38,782 nucleotides of DNA from a virus (lineage: Duplodnaviria > Caudoviricetes), in IMG/VR virus record IMGVR_UViG_3300033148_004933, positions 1 to 38,782 of that record. One strand, 5' to 3'. The notes under the pieces were generated by a model. That model was not told the origin of the DNA and made no database searches. It worked only from the letters and a program-made list of their open reading frames with translations. Each line of letters opens with the position of its first letter. Position 1 is the first letter of the stretch. Made by a program: the position numbers and the translations under genes. Positions 1-10,259 of this stretch are shown in pieces.

Positions 1-1
1 A

Positions 2-67
2 GATACAGTAGAACTTCACGGAATATGCTTTAATTATATCAGCGATAAATTAGGCGAAAGTTTATAA
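2..67 (+). CDS. C-terminal fragment of an upstream gene, probably the fibre/adhesin that starts at 37166 (circular permutation, with a gap)
   Basis: Frame 2 reads DTVELHGICFNYISDKLGESL* from the window edge. Gene order portal -> fibre -> protease implies the two ends are neighbours. Confidence 0.5.
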   Translation, partial: DTVELHGICFNYISDKLGESL

Positions 68-114
68 ATCAAATAAAGAGTTTCGGGAGATAATAAATTA
101 ACTAAAAATAATAT

Positions 115-429
115 ATGAAAAAATATATAATCATAGGAGTAATCGTCGTAGTCGCAATAGTAATATCTTATATGTTTCAGGTAGAAGTAAAAGTAACTAT
201 GCCTGAGGCAGAAGCTTTATATAATGCCAAGTCAACCAAACTTATAGAGGGAATCGGGGAAACTCCAGATAACTTAGAGATGACTATTGAAACAAAGATT
301 AACCGAACTCAAGAAGAATTATTAGAAGAAAAAGAAAAATGCGAGCGGGATATAGAATACCATCAAAAAGATATAGCTCGGCTCCAAGCAGAAATAGATG
401 AAATAAATAATCTATTAAAAAGTTTTTAA
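115..429 (+). CDS. Hypothetical protein with N-terminal TM/signal anchor and C-terminal coiled coil
   Basis: MKKYIIIGVIVVVAIVISYMF hydrophobic N-terminus; heptad-like C-terminus; A-rich leader. Confidence 0.7.
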   Translation: MKKYIIIGVIVVVAIVISYMFQVEVKVTMPEAEALYNAKSTKLIEGIGETPDNLEMTIETKINRTQEELLEEKEKCERDIEYHQKDIARLQAEIDEINNLLKSF

Positions 430-447
430 TTAAATAATTATAAATAT

Positions 448-1428
448 ATGGAAAAACAATATATACAAGCAAAAATACAAACGGTCGGTAAAAAAATAGA
501 GTTCGTCGCATCAGATGAGACGATTGATAGAATGGGCGAAAGCCTCAAGATTACTGATTGGGATCTTAGAAATTTTAAGAAGAATCCTGTCTTGCTTGTT
601 AATCATGATTATAAGGTTGAGAATATTGTTGGTAAAGCAAAGAATATAAGAAGAAATCTTCAAGAAAAGAAGCTTGTATTTGAGGCTGTTTTTCATGATA
701 TAACAGAGAAAGCGCAAAGTGTTCAAAAACTGATTGAAGAAAAGTTTTTGAAGACTGTATCTGTTGGATTTATTCCACATAGTGATGATAAAGGAAAATC
801 AGTAACTTTAGAATTATTAGAAATTTCATTTGTTCCTATACCTGCTAATCCTGCTGCAGAACAATTGATGGTAAAAGGATTTGGAAAGATAAAAGATTTA
901 ATTAAAGATGAAGATAAAAAACAGATAGAGGATTTTATTAAAAAAGAAGAAAAGATTGAAGAAGAAGAAAAGCAAACAAAAACTGAAGTTCAATCATTAG
1001 TATTATCAAAAAAAACATTTAAGACAAAATCAGACGCATCTAAGTGGGTAAAGGATCACGATTTTAGAGCAGATAAAGTAGATGTCACAGAAGATTCATT
1101 TAGATTCAGACAATTTAGTCCGGGCAGATGTAAAGAGGGATCGTTTAGGACTATTAGCATCACAACAGGAGTGAAGGCAGTTATATGTAGGCCAAAAGAA
1201 GGACGATCTGCTGAAAATTGTATATTGATTCCTGAAAAGTTTATAGAAAAACAAGCCCTATCCAAAGAGATAAGACCTCAAGTAGATAGGCCTAAAGAAA
1301 ATAGTCGGGCTGTAACAAAGGTAGAGAAAAAGCTGAAAAGATTAGATCTACGTATGTTGCAAAAGGTAGCCAAATACGTTAACAACTTGCTTTATGAAGC
1401 AAGGAAACGTAATAAATTAAACAGATGA
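448..1428 (+). CDS. HK97-family prohead maturation protease with C-terminal extension
   Basis: Motifs FVASDETIDR, NPVLLVNH, VSVGF, LLEISFVPIPANP; directly upstream of the major capsid gene. Confidence 0.92.
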   Translation: MEKQYIQAKIQTVGKKIEFVASDETIDRMGESLKITDWDLRNFKKNPVLLVNHDYKVENIVGKAKNIRRNLQEKKLVFEAVFHDITEKAQSVQKLIEEKFLKTVSVGFIPHSDDKGKSVTLELLEISFVPIPANPAAEQLMVKGFGKIKDLIKDEDKKQIEDFIKKEEKIEEEEKQTKTEVQSLVLSKKTFKTKSDASKWVKDHDFRADKVDVTEDSFRFRQFSPGRCKEGSFRTISITTGVKAVICRPKEGRSAENCILIPEKFIEKQALSKEIRPQVDRPKENSRAVTKVEKKLKRLDLRMLQKVAKYVNNLLYEARKRNKLNR

Positions 1429-2678
1429 AAAAGAAATATATTACAATAGACGGTAAGAAGATTGAGGTTAAGGAAGAGGAAGTGCCTGAAACTCCTGAAG
1501 AGGAAACTCCTGAAACTCCGGAGGAGACTCCAGAGGAGGAAGAAGAGGAAGAAGAAACACCCGAGTCAACTGAAAAGCAGATAAAGATAGCGGCAAAAAA
1601 AGCTGCCAAAGAGATTATTTCAGAATTGAAAGGACTTGATAAGATTGAAGAATTGGATAAAAAAGTTGAAAGACTTTTAGAAGTATCGCATCCAGTTAGT
1701 GATAAGTTGAAGCAGATTTTGAATGGTAAAGATTATATCAAGGACGCCGATAATTTAACTAAAGAAGAAAAAATCGTTGGTTTTTTCCATGCTTTAGTTA
1801 CTAGAAATGAAGTTGCTGTAAAAGCTTTATCAGAAGGAACTGCTGCTGATGGTGGTAACCTATTTCCTGATGAATTCCGTGAGGAAATTATCAAGGAATT
1901 GGCTCAGTTTAATGTGATGAGAGGTCTTGTCAGGGTTATTCCTATGAAAAGGGATATCATGAAACTTCCTACTCAAGGATCAATGCCAAAGGTTACTTGG
2001 ACTGAAGAGAATGCTGCAAAATCAACTACTACTGCAGATTGGTCTTTACAGACTTTAACTGTAAAGAAATGTGCTGCAATTCTTTATTCTTCTGATGAAC
2101 TTATTGAGGATTCTGATATATTTGACGTTGTACAACTTATTATTTCTCTATTTGCAGAGGCTGTAGCAGATGAAGAGCAAAGAGTTATCATCTTAGGTAA
2201 TGGTACTACTCAACCTACTGGGTTGGAGACAGCGAGAGCTGCCACTACTATTGCTGCTGTTACGCCGGCTACTGCCGGTGCAGGTACATTTGATGATATT
2301 CTTGAGCTTGAATATGCTGTGCCTAGCAAATATAGAAAGAATGGATCGTACATTGCAAATAATCAGACAATCAAAAGTTTAAGGAAGCTAAAGGATAGTG
2401 ATGGTAGATATATGTGGGCTGAACCAGTTTCTGCAGGTAATCCTTCAACATTAAGTGGTAGACCTATTTTTGAAGTCAGTGATCTTCCTAATGGAACCAT
2501 TTATTTTGGAGATTTCCGAAGAGCTTATTGGTTGGGAGATAGAAAGAGAATGTCAGTTAAGGTTACTCAGGAAACTGAGACCGCCTTTACCAAAGACCAA
2601 ACAGCTATTCGTGTTGTCCATCGTATTGCCGGTAATGTCGTTCAAGGGAACGCATTGAGAGTAATACAAAATATGTAG
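1425..2678 (+). CDS. Major capsid protein (HK97 fold) with acidic N-terminal scaffold/delta region
   Basis: KALSEGTAADGGNLFPDE, WTEENAAK, SDELIEDS, LRKLKDSDGRYMW, FGDFRRAY; ATGA overlap with the protease. Confidence 0.95.
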   Translation: MKKKYITIDGKKIEVKEEEVPETPEEETPETPEETPEEEEEEEETPESTEKQIKIAAKKAAKEIISELKGLDKIEELDKKVERLLEVSHPVSDKLKQILNGKDYIKDADNLTKEEKIVGFFHALVTRNEVAVKALSEGTAADGGNLFPDEFREEIIKELAQFNVMRGLVRVIPMKRDIMKLPTQGSMPKVTWTEENAAKSTTTADWSLQTLTVKKCAAILYSSDELIEDSDIFDVVQLIISLFAEAVADEEQRVIILGNGTTQPTGLETARAATTIAAVTPATAGAGTFDDILELEYAVPSKYRKNGSYIANNQTIKSLRKLKDSDGRYMWAEPVSAGNPSTLSGRPIFEVSDLPNGTIYFGDFRRAYWLGDRKRMSVKVTQETETAFTKDQTAIRVVHRIAGNVVQGNALRVIQNM

Positions 2679-2722
2679 AACATATTTCTACATGTGCGAT
2701 CAACGATAAAGGTTGGTCGCAC
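2673..2722 (+). terminator. Two tandem hairpins after the major capsid gene (attenuator or mRNA stabiliser)
   Basis: ATGTAGAA-catat-TTCTACAT (2673-2693) then GTGCGATCAAC-gataaag-GTTGGTCGCAC (2694-2722); no clear U-tract. Confidence 0.55.
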
Positions 2723-2732
2723 AAATAGAGTT

Positions 2733-2861
2733 ATGTTTATAAAAAAGAAAAAAAAGAAAAAGTGTAAATGTATTATATGTCTTAAGAGAGATAAGATGAT
2801 AAGGTCTTATGATACTAAAAGAAAATGTATACAACACAATCAAAAGTTGAGCAATATTTAA
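2733..2861 (+). CDS. Small basic hypothetical protein (42 aa)
   Basis: MFIKKKKKKKCKCIICLKRDKMIRSYDTKRK...; fills the gap between capsid and connector genes; not in the ORF track. Confidence 0.35.
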   Translation: MFIKKKKKKKCKCIICLKRDKMIRSYDTKRKCIQHNQKLSNI

Positions 2862-3412
2862 ATACTGATTTATCTGCAGTCTCAAGCGAAGTCTTAAAAT
2901 GGATAGCCTCAGTTCAGGCTTGGATTGATAAGTACTGTGGTAAAACATTTGAGGCATCATCTGAAACAAGATATTATGATGGTAATGGAAAACAAAGAAT
3001 CCTTATAGATTCTTTTATTGGAAATCCTACTGTTGCTATATTGGAATCTGATGGAACGGTTCATTTATCATTAACAGAAGGACCTGCAGAAGATTATATT
3101 ACTTATCCTCTTAATGAATCAGAGAAGAATGAATTAGTTTTAGTAACAACAGCAAATATATTATCTTTTCTAAGAGGAAAGAGAAGATTGAGAGTAACTG
3201 CAACTTTTGGCGCATCATCAGCAGTTCCGGCAGACGTTGAATTAGCTGCTACAAAATTAGTTGCATCAATAGTAGAAAAAAGAACCAAAGGCGGAGAAAC
3301 AAAATCAGAAAAGTTAGGAGATCAGACAATATCATATAAAGATATTGATGAGGAAGCAAGTGCGTTAGGGATATATAATATATTAGATCAATATAGAGAA
3401 ATTTATGTATGA
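2825..3412 (+). CDS. Head-tail connector (gp6-like)
   Basis: Position after capsid; WIDKYCGKTF, ETRYYDGNG, VPADVELAA, KSEKLGD, ILDQYR. Confidence 0.8.
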   Translation: MYTTQSKVEQYLNTDLSAVSSEVLKWIASVQAWIDKYCGKTFEASSETRYYDGNGKQRILIDSFIGNPTVAILESDGTVHLSLTEGPAEDYITYPLNESEKNELVLVTTANILSFLRGKRRLRVTATFGASSAVPADVELAATKLVASIVEKRTKGGETKSEKLGDQTISYKDIDEEASALGIYNILDQYREIYV

Positions 3413-3729
3413 GTATTTTACACTTAGCAACAAATACGATGGTAGTTTCCAGAATGACTCAAGTTTCAGGAAGCAAATATGCGCTATCAACAGTAACTTC
3501 TGTAAGAGGAAATTTACAGCCATTAAGCGTTGATGGCGATGCTTTAAGTGAAGGTCTTTTCGGTAGGACGTTTCAATTCTTTGCTGAAGGAGATGTAGAT
3601 ATTCAGTCAGGGGACAAGTTAAGAGATGAGAACGGTGATTTTTATAAAGTTGCAGATAATGGAGTTGTTAGGAGAACGTATGGAGGATTAGATTATTTGA
3701 AAGTTATCTGTGAAAGAGTAGAAAACTAA
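3409..3729 (+). CDS. Head closure/stopper protein
   Basis: Synteny, size 106 aa, DIQSGDKL motif. Confidence 0.65.
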   Translation: MSILHLATNTMVVSRMTQVSGSKYALSTVTSVRGNLQPLSVDGDALSEGLFGRTFQFFAEGDVDIQSGDKLRDENGDFYKVADNGVVRRTYGGLDYLKVICERVEN

Positions 3730-3730
3730 A

Positions 3731-4081
3731 ATGTCAGTAACAGTTAGTGTAAAATTTGAAGGAGTAAAGGCGACAAAGTTCTTTGGTAGATTGCCGATAC
3801 ATATAAAGAAAGCATTGAATAATGCTATAATGAAATCAGCATTTTTAGTAGAGAGAGAATCAAAGAGGGTTGCCCCAGTAGATACAGGAAGGCTTAGATC
3901 CTCTATATTTACGATTATAGAGCCGTTAAAAGCTACGGTGCAACCAAGAGTCAACTATGCTATATTTGTCCATGAGGGGACGTTTAGAATGCGATCTAGG
4001 CCATTTATGAGATGGGGTGCAGAAAAAGCAAGAAATGAAATACAAAGAATCTTTAATAATGAAATTAAAAGAATACTATAA
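3731..4081 (+). CDS. HK97 gp10-like neck protein
   Basis: APVDTGRLRSSI, YAIFVHEGT, RPFM motifs. Confidence 0.85.
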   Translation: MSVTVSVKFEGVKATKFFGRLPIHIKKALNNAIMKSAFLVERESKRVAPVDTGRLRSSIFTIIEPLKATVQPRVNYAIFVHEGTFRMRSRPFMRWGAEKARNEIQRIFNNEIKRIL

Positions 4082-4521
4082 TGTGGGAAAAATTATCAAC
4101 AAAATTAATAGAAATCCTTGAATTAAATACTTTATTGCAGAAAGTATATAATTATGAAAAGCAGAAGCCAGATGGGATTCCGTTTGCCACATTAACACCA
4201 TCATCAAACGAAAGTGAGTATGATACAACAACAGAAAATGAAAGGGTTTATGCTTTTACATTAAGGTTGTATAATGAAAGAACAGGACAAATAAAACCTG
4301 AAGACGCCGAAACAGCGATGAGAGAATTGGTTGACTCGGTGTTGGATGATCTTGATAAGAATTGGGAATTGACTGGATTAGAATCAGAAACAGGTTATAC
4401 ATTTTTATTAATGGAAGCTGCGCCTTCAGTGTGGGGTTATATTGAAGAGCCAGCCCAATATAGAGTGGCAGAGATAGTCGTTCGCTGTCGCTTCTCAATA
4501 GATATAAATTTAATAAGTTAA
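4081..4521 (+). CDS. Tail terminator/completion protein
   Basis: Synteny between gp10-like and tail tube genes; size 146 aa. Confidence 0.6.
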   Translation: MWEKLSTKLIEILELNTLLQKVYNYEKQKPDGIPFATLTPSSNESEYDTTTENERVYAFTLRLYNERTGQIKPEDAETAMRELVDSVLDDLDKNWELTGLESETGYTFLLMEAAPSVWGYIEEPAQYRVAEIVVRCRFSIDINLIS

Positions 4522-4540
4522 TAAAATTAACTAAAAATAT

Positions 4541-5524
4541 ATGAAAGCAATAGGAAGATTATTTAATATAGGAATATCAAAAGAAACAACAAGGGGAACA
4601 CAAGTAGATTCTCCAACGTTTTATGTTCCTAAAAGAGCTTTTACTCACTTTGATAAAGTGATAAAGGCGAGGTCGGAATTATCTTATAATAATATAATCA
4701 GCGAAGGAAATATAAATCCAGTTGCTCTTAAATGGGCAGAAGGTTCATTTGATACAGATGTATTATCAAATAGCTTTGGTCTTTTCTTGCTGGCGTTGTT
4801 AGGAACTGTATCTAGCGGAAGTGTAGTTGATAGTTCTTATACTCATACATTTACACTTCAGAACGATAACCAGCATGATAGTTTGTCATTGTGGGTTGAT
4901 GATCCTTTGACTGGAGATATAGTGTTTACTCTTGCGATGATAAATACTTTGACTATGGAATTTGTGCCTGATGATGTTGTTAAGGTGTCAATTGATTTTA
5001 TGTCAAAGGCATCAAAAGGAGTAAATAATTTAACTCCATCTTATTCTGCAGAGAGTAAATTTCTTGGTAGACATTTAACATTTAAGATTGAAAATACAAC
5101 TGGAGATTTAGCAGCAGGAAGCAATGTGCCAATTAAATCTTTAATATTGAGGTTTAATAAGAATGTTATTAAAGATGATGTTCTTGGAACAGTTGATCCT
5201 GAAGATATATTAAACCAACAGTTAGGAATTGAAGGTGAAGTTGTATTGAATCTTGAGAACAGGACATATAAGGATTTAATGTTAAACGGAAGTTATAAGG
5301 CAGTTAGAATTCAATTAATTAATGTTGATGATACAATTGGAGCAGGATCTATAAATCCACAATTTATAATTGACTTTTCAAGAGTTGATTTTGAAGAATG
5401 GGAGCCTGAAAGACCTAATGACGAAATATCAACACAGAGAATTCTATTTAAGGTTTTATATGATATTACAAATGATGATGTCATTAATAATTGTCAACTA
5501 ATAAATGGACAAGCAAGTTACTAA
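4541..5524 (+). CDS. Major tail tube protein
   Basis: GISKETTRG N-terminus, YTHTFT motif, 327 aa, upstream of chaperone and tape measure. Confidence 0.8.
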   Translation: MKAIGRLFNIGISKETTRGTQVDSPTFYVPKRAFTHFDKVIKARSELSYNNIISEGNINPVALKWAEGSFDTDVLSNSFGLFLLALLGTVSSGSVVDSSYTHTFTLQNDNQHDSLSLWVDDPLTGDIVFTLAMINTLTMEFVPDDVVKVSIDFMSKASKGVNNLTPSYSAESKFLGRHLTFKIENTTGDLAAGSNVPIKSLILRFNKNVIKDDVLGTVDPEDILNQQLGIEGEVVLNLENRTYKDLMLNGSYKAVRIQLINVDDTIGAGSINPQFIIDFSRVDFEEWEPERPNDEISTQRILFKVLYDITNDDVINNCQLINGQASY

Positions 5525-5525
5525 A

Positions 5526-5822
5526 ATGCCTAAACTAACCGATATAAGACAAACAAAAAGTATAGCGCTTCCATCATATCCTGATAGCAAGGTTGTTATA
5601 TATGATTCAATGATAATGGGAACGTCTCTTAAAATATCAGATGAGGATAGAAATAATCCTATAAGATTATTAAAGTATATGATTAAGGAGTGGAACTTTA
5701 CTGGAGCAGATGATAAGCTTTTACCTATTAATGAAGAAAATATAGGATTGTTAAAAGCAGAGGATGCTACGTTTCTTGTTGAGGAAATAGCGAAGTTTGC
5801 AGGTATTACAAAAAAAAAATAA
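5526..5822 (+). CDS. Tail assembly chaperone (gpG-like); likely start at 5526
   Basis: IKEWNFTG..LPINEENI motif; ends in A10 slippery run. Confidence 0.8.
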   Translation: MPKLTDIRQTKSIALPSYPDSKVVIYDSMIMGTSLKISDEDRNNPIRLLKYMIKEWNFTGADDKLLPINEENIGLLKAEDATFLVEEIAKFAGITKKK

Positions 5823-5947
5823 TAGGGCTTGCTGATTTGTGTTTAGAAATGGGATGGACCCAAAAACAGATGATGGAAGAGAATACATCAGAGTTTATAA
5901 ATATGCTTGTAAAAGCAATTAATTTTAGAAATAAAAAACGTGGCTGA
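5810..5947 (+). CDS. -1 frameshift extension of the tail chaperone (gpT-like)
   Basis: A10 at 5810-5819; -1 frame reads IIGLADLCLEMGWTQKQMMEENTSEFINMLVKAINFRNKKRG* and ends overlapping the tape measure start. Confidence 0.75.
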   Translation, partial: KKKIIGLADLCLEMGWTQKQMMEENTSEFINMLVKAINFRNKKRG

Positions 5948-7403
5948 TCAAAGAGTAAAATTAATTATAACTGGACAAGATAAGGCATCAGGGAAGTTAA
6001 AAGGAGTGTCAGGAGCGTTGGGAGGACTTAAATCTGCAGCAAAGGCATTGATTCCAGTAATAGGGGTTGCCGGTTTAGCATTAGCATTTAAAAGTGTTTT
6101 AAAACAAACGATTGAATTTGAATCTAAGCTTGGAGATATAGCAACTCTTATTTCAGGTGATTCAACTATAGCTATAAATAAATTTAGAAAAGGAATACAA
6201 GAACTTTCAAAAGTAGTTCCTGTTGATCCAAAGGAATTAGGATCTGCAGCTTATCAGGTAGTATCAGCAGGAATAACAGATACTGCAGAAGCATTAGAAG
6301 TATTAAAGGAAGCTTCAAGGTTAGGAGTTGCAGGTCTTGGTGAAACAGAAGAGGCAACTAATTTATTAACATCAGCTTTAAATGCATTTCAATTACCTGC
6401 GAGTGATGCTGAACGAGTTGCAGGTATATTATTTAATACTGTTAAGCAAGGTAAAACAACTGTTGCTGAATTGAGTAGAGCGTTTGGACAAGTAGCTCCT
6501 ATTGCTGCTGAAATGGGAGTATCATTAGAGGAATTACAGGCAGCAACTGCAGCATTAACAACTTCAGGTTTACAGACAGCTATTGCACAGACTCAGTTAA
6601 GGGCAGCGATGTCTTCTTTGCTTAAACCTACAAGAGAAGCACAGGAGTTATTTAATAAATTAGGCGTAGTATCGTTTAAAGAATTAATTGAAAAATCTGG
6701 TGGACTTGTTGAAGCGTTTAATCAATTGGTAATTGCATCAGAGGGAAATGAAGAAGCACTTGCAAAGGCAGCGGGTTCTGTTGAAGGATTAGGCGCAATA
6801 CTTTCTTTAACTGGCGCTCAGGCTGATACCTTTTCAAAAACATTAGGAACAATGAAAGGTGCAACAGATGTTTATAATGAGGCTGTTGCAAAACAAAATG
6901 AGCAGATTGACAAACAGTTCCAATTGTTGAAGAATAATTTGAATGTTGAATTACAGAAATTAGCTTTGAAGATAATGCCAACATTGCTTGATGTAATGAA
7001 AGGATTACCAACAGCTATTGATACATTATTTGTTAAACCATTTAATGCAGTTGTAAATGTTTTATCAGAGATATTTTTTCAGATAGGAAGGGTAATAAAT
7101 GCAATGAAAGAGTTTCAAAGAGTAGTAAGAGAAACAACAAGTTTGAAAGGAATAGGAGAAATTATAGGAGGTGTAGGAGGCAAAGTAAAGGGATTGTTAG
7201 GATTTCAACAAGGTGGAATTGTTCCCGGCCCTATTGGTCAGCCTGTTCCTGCAATAGTGCATGGAGGAGAAAGGATTATTCCTAGCGGAAGAAGTGCAGG
7301 TATAATCGTTAATATATCAGGATCAATGTTTTTAGATGACGATGCTGCAGAAAAGTTTGGAGAAAAATTAGTTAGGATATTAAAAGATAATGTTAGAATA
7401 TAA
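5940..7403 (+). CDS. Tape measure protein (TP901-like core), short at 487 aa
   Basis: Ala/Leu-rich helical repeats, QGKTTVAELS, VSLEELQAA, C-terminal FQQGGIVPG..VHGGERI. Confidence 0.9.
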   Translation: MADQRVKLIITGQDKASGKLKGVSGALGGLKSAAKALIPVIGVAGLALAFKSVLKQTIEFESKLGDIATLISGDSTIAINKFRKGIQELSKVVPVDPKELGSAAYQVVSAGITDTAEALEVLKEASRLGVAGLGETEEATNLLTSALNAFQLPASDAERVAGILFNTVKQGKTTVAELSRAFGQVAPIAAEMGVSLEELQAATAALTTSGLQTAIAQTQLRAAMSSLLKPTREAQELFNKLGVVSFKELIEKSGGLVEAFNQLVIASEGNEEALAKAAGSVEGLGAILSLTGAQADTFSKTLGTMKGATDVYNEAVAKQNEQIDKQFQLLKNNLNVELQKLALKIMPTLLDVMKGLPTAIDTLFVKPFNAVVNVLSEIFFQIGRVINAMKEFQRVVRETTSLKGIGEIIGGVGGKVKGLLGFQQGGIVPGPIGQPVPAIVHGGERIIPSGRSAGIIVNISGSMFLDDDAAEKFGEKLVRILKDNVRI

Positions 7404-8911
7404 TGGCAGTTCAAGTAACAATAAATGGGGTTGATAAAACTAAGAGTATTGAGTTTGGCTCATTAAAGATAAAGAATATAATTACAAGGAAAAGAGATTT
7501 ATGCAACTTTATTATCAAGTCCTATATAGGAGATGTGTTTACACCTGCAGTTGGAAGAGAGGTTGTTATAACAGATGGAGGAGTAAAAATATTTGCAGGA
7601 GTAATAACTGAATTAGAAAATACATCAAGGTCTTTTAAGATTATAAGATGGAAAATAAAATGTCAGGATTATACTAGATTGCTTGATCAGAAATTAGTTG
7701 CTGATACATTTGAAAGCCAAACTGTTGATGCAATAATAGCATCTCTTCAATCTGATTATTTCCCAGCAGGATTTACTATAAATAATGTTGATGCTCCAGT
7801 TTTAGTCAACTCTATAAAATTTAATTATAAGCCGTTAATAAAATGCATAGAAGAATTAGCAGATTTAATTAATTACGATTATTATATAGATTTTAATAAG
7901 GATCTACACTTTTTTGCTAAAGAGAAAAATGCAGCACCCTTTGATATTCAAGATGATAATGGTAGTTATAGGCATAATACATTAGTAATAAGGAGAGATA
8001 ATTCGCAGATAGCTAATTCAGTTGTGGTTAGAGGAGGAGAATATTTAGGAGAAACATTTTCATCGGATATAGAATGTAACGGAGTTGACTTTGTTTTCCC
8101 TTTGCCTTATAAGTTTTCAGAGTTTAAAGCTACATTGACAGGAAATGTTTTAAATGTAGGAACTGATTTTTTAAGCGACCCTAATGATTTTGATGCTTTA
8201 CATGGATTTCAGGAGAAAGTTATAAGATTTAAGAGTACAGATACACCTTCAAACGGAGCATTATTAGTAGTTTCTGGAAAACCTAATTTGCCTGTAATTA
8301 CTAAAGTTAAGAATCAGCCGGCAATAGATGCAATGGTTTCTGCTGAAGGAGGAGATGGATTATATGAGAAATTGATTATTGATAAATCAATTAGAACTAA
8401 AGCAGGAGCAAGACAAAGAGCAACAGGAGAACTTGTTACTTATGCAGAAACAATATCAGATGGAGAATTTGAAACTGAAACATCTGGATTATTTGCTGGC
8501 CAAGAAATACTTGTTAATTCAGCTTCAAGAGGAGTTAATGAAAAATTTATAATAAATAGAGTAACTATAACTCAATTTTCAAACGATACATTTGTTTATA
8601 AGGTATCATTAATTAGCACAAAATCACTTGACTTAATAGATATATTACAAAAATTATTATTAGCAGAATCAAAAAAGTTAGAAATTAATGAAGACGAAAC
8701 TATTGATCTTGTAGAAGGATATGATGAACAAATGACAATTGAAGATGCAGTTGAATTTTCTTTAGAGCATAATCTTCAAACAGAAACAATAGTAATAGGA
8801 GAAACATTTACTGCACAATCATTAGACTTCCCTACTGTATTTGTATTAGGACCTTTTATACCATCAGCAGCAAAGAGAGTATTTCTTTTAAGCGCTTCTC
8901 ATTTAAGTTAA
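7403..8911 (+). CDS. Tail tip/hub protein
   Basis: Follows tape measure; CQDYTRLL, YDYYIDFNKDLHFF, NSVVVRGG. Confidence 0.7.
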   Translation: MAVQVTINGVDKTKSIEFGSLKIKNIITRKRDLCNFIIKSYIGDVFTPAVGREVVITDGGVKIFAGVITELENTSRSFKIIRWKIKCQDYTRLLDQKLVADTFESQTVDAIIASLQSDYFPAGFTINNVDAPVLVNSIKFNYKPLIKCIEELADLINYDYYIDFNKDLHFFAKEKNAAPFDIQDDNGSYRHNTLVIRRDNSQIANSVVVRGGEYLGETFSSDIECNGVDFVFPLPYKFSEFKATLTGNVLNVGTDFLSDPNDFDALHGFQEKVIRFKSTDTPSNGALLVVSGKPNLPVITKVKNQPAIDAMVSAEGGDGLYEKLIIDKSIRTKAGARQRATGELVTYAETISDGEFETETSGLFAGQEILVNSASRGVNEKFIINRVTITQFSNDTFVYKVSLISTKSLDLIDILQKLLLAESKKLEINEDETIDLVEGYDEQMTIEDAVEFSLEHNLQTETIVIGETFTAQSLDFPTVFVLGPFIPSAAKRVFLLSASHLS

Positions 8912-8932
8912 TAAATTATATAATAAAATAAT

Positions 8933-9397
8933 ATGAAAAAAGAAGAAAAAGTAACATTAAAAGGAGAATATAAGTTTACTATCAGAGATGCAAAAACTGG
9001 AAGAATAAAAAGAATATATAGATATTCTAATATTATTCCTACAGTTGGGCGTACTATGATAGCGAATAACTTAACTGATACTTCTCCAGATAATACTCTT
9101 TTAGTTTCTCATGTTGCTTTAGGAACTGGAGTAACGGCTCCTGCAAATGGCGATACTACATTAGAAACAGAGAGTTTTAGGAATGCTGTTGCTTCAAGAA
9201 CTAATGGAAATAATGTAGCTTATATTACTGGATTTTATGGTGCGACAGAAGTTACTGGAACATTCAGAGAGGCTGGCATATTCTCTGATGGTTCTGGTGC
9301 AGCTGATTCAGGAATTTTATTATCAAGAGTAGCAATTAATATAACAAAGTCCAATTCAGAAACATTAACCATTGACTGGACTTTGACAATTACATGA
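8933..9397 (+). CDS. Tail fibre-associated/baseplate protein
   Basis: HVALGTG..P..GDTTLETE, REAGIF, ITKSNSETLTIDWTLT motifs typical of fibre N-terminal modules. Confidence 0.65.
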   Translation: MKKEEKVTLKGEYKFTIRDAKTGRIKRIYRYSNIIPTVGRTMIANNLTDTSPDNTLLVSHVALGTGVTAPANGDTTLETESFRNAVASRTNGNNVAYITGFYGATEVTGTFREAGIFSDGSGAADSGILLSRVAINITKSNSETLTIDWTLTIT

Positions 9398-10257
9398 GTA
9401 TTCCAGCAGATGCTTCTGCAGGAGATGAACTTACTGCAGTAGAAGTAAATTTATTAAGAGATTTAGGGTTTATAGTTGATCAAAACGCAGGTGAGACAAT
9501 AAATGGTGGCACTTTACCAGTGGCTGTTTATTGGGATAATACTGATGATGAATGGAAGGCTTGTGATGGTAATGATGCAACAAAAATACAATTTGCAGGT
9601 TTTGCAATATCAAATTCAACTGATGGTAATCCTATAAACGTACAAACTGTAGGTAGAGTTACAGGATTTTCTGGATTGACAGTTGGCGCTAATTATTATG
9701 TGCAAGACGATAAGACTATTGGAACATCAGTAGGAACAATATCTATCTTTGTAGGTGTTGCCATAAGTGCAACCGAGATAATGATAAAAGGAAATGGAGC
9801 TTTTGTAGATTTGTTAGGCGCTCAGACAATAGAGGGTGTGAAGACGTTTGGTTCATTTCCAGTTACTCCATCTTCTGCTCCATCAGCAAATTATCAGGTT
9901 GCAAATAAAAAATATGTTGATGATGAAGTTTCAGCTAATAAAGGATTAGAATATGTTGCGATTGTTCCCATAAAGAATAATCCGGGAGATTTAGGTACGA
10001 CTTGGACGGATTGGGATTTGTCAGGTTATGTTCCAGCAGGAACAGTTTATGTAGAAATTACTATTTGTAGTTCAAGTGGAGATGAAGCTGGGGTTCGTAA
10101 AAATGGATCTTCTATTGAACGCAAAATATCTGGTGATGCAAGTTATCAATGCGTTGCATTTACTACTGAGGTAGATGCAAATAGAGTAGTAGAACGATAT
10201 TCCAACCCTTCAGGTGGAGCAGACTTTATTCTTACTGGTTATTGGAAGAGAGTATAA
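9394..10257 (+). CDS. Tail fibre / receptor-binding protein
   Basis: Gly/Thr-rich beta content, AQTIEGVKTF and VANKKYVDD fibre motifs, distinct C-terminal domain. Confidence 0.65.
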   Translation: MSIPADASAGDELTAVEVNLLRDLGFIVDQNAGETINGGTLPVAVYWDNTDDEWKACDGNDATKIQFAGFAISNSTDGNPINVQTVGRVTGFSGLTVGANYYVQDDKTIGTSVGTISIFVGVAISATEIMIKGNGAFVDLLGAQTIEGVKTFGSFPVTPSSAPSANYQVANKKYVDDEVSANKGLEYVAIVPIKNNPGDLGTTWTDWDLSGYVPAGTVYVEITICSSSGDEAGVRKNGSSIERKISGDASYQCVAFTTEVDANRVVERYSNPSGGADFILTGYWKRV

Positions 10258-10259
10258 TT

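Noticed and set aside
9394-10257. Diversity-generating retroelement target
   Set aside because: No reverse transcriptase or template repeat seen.
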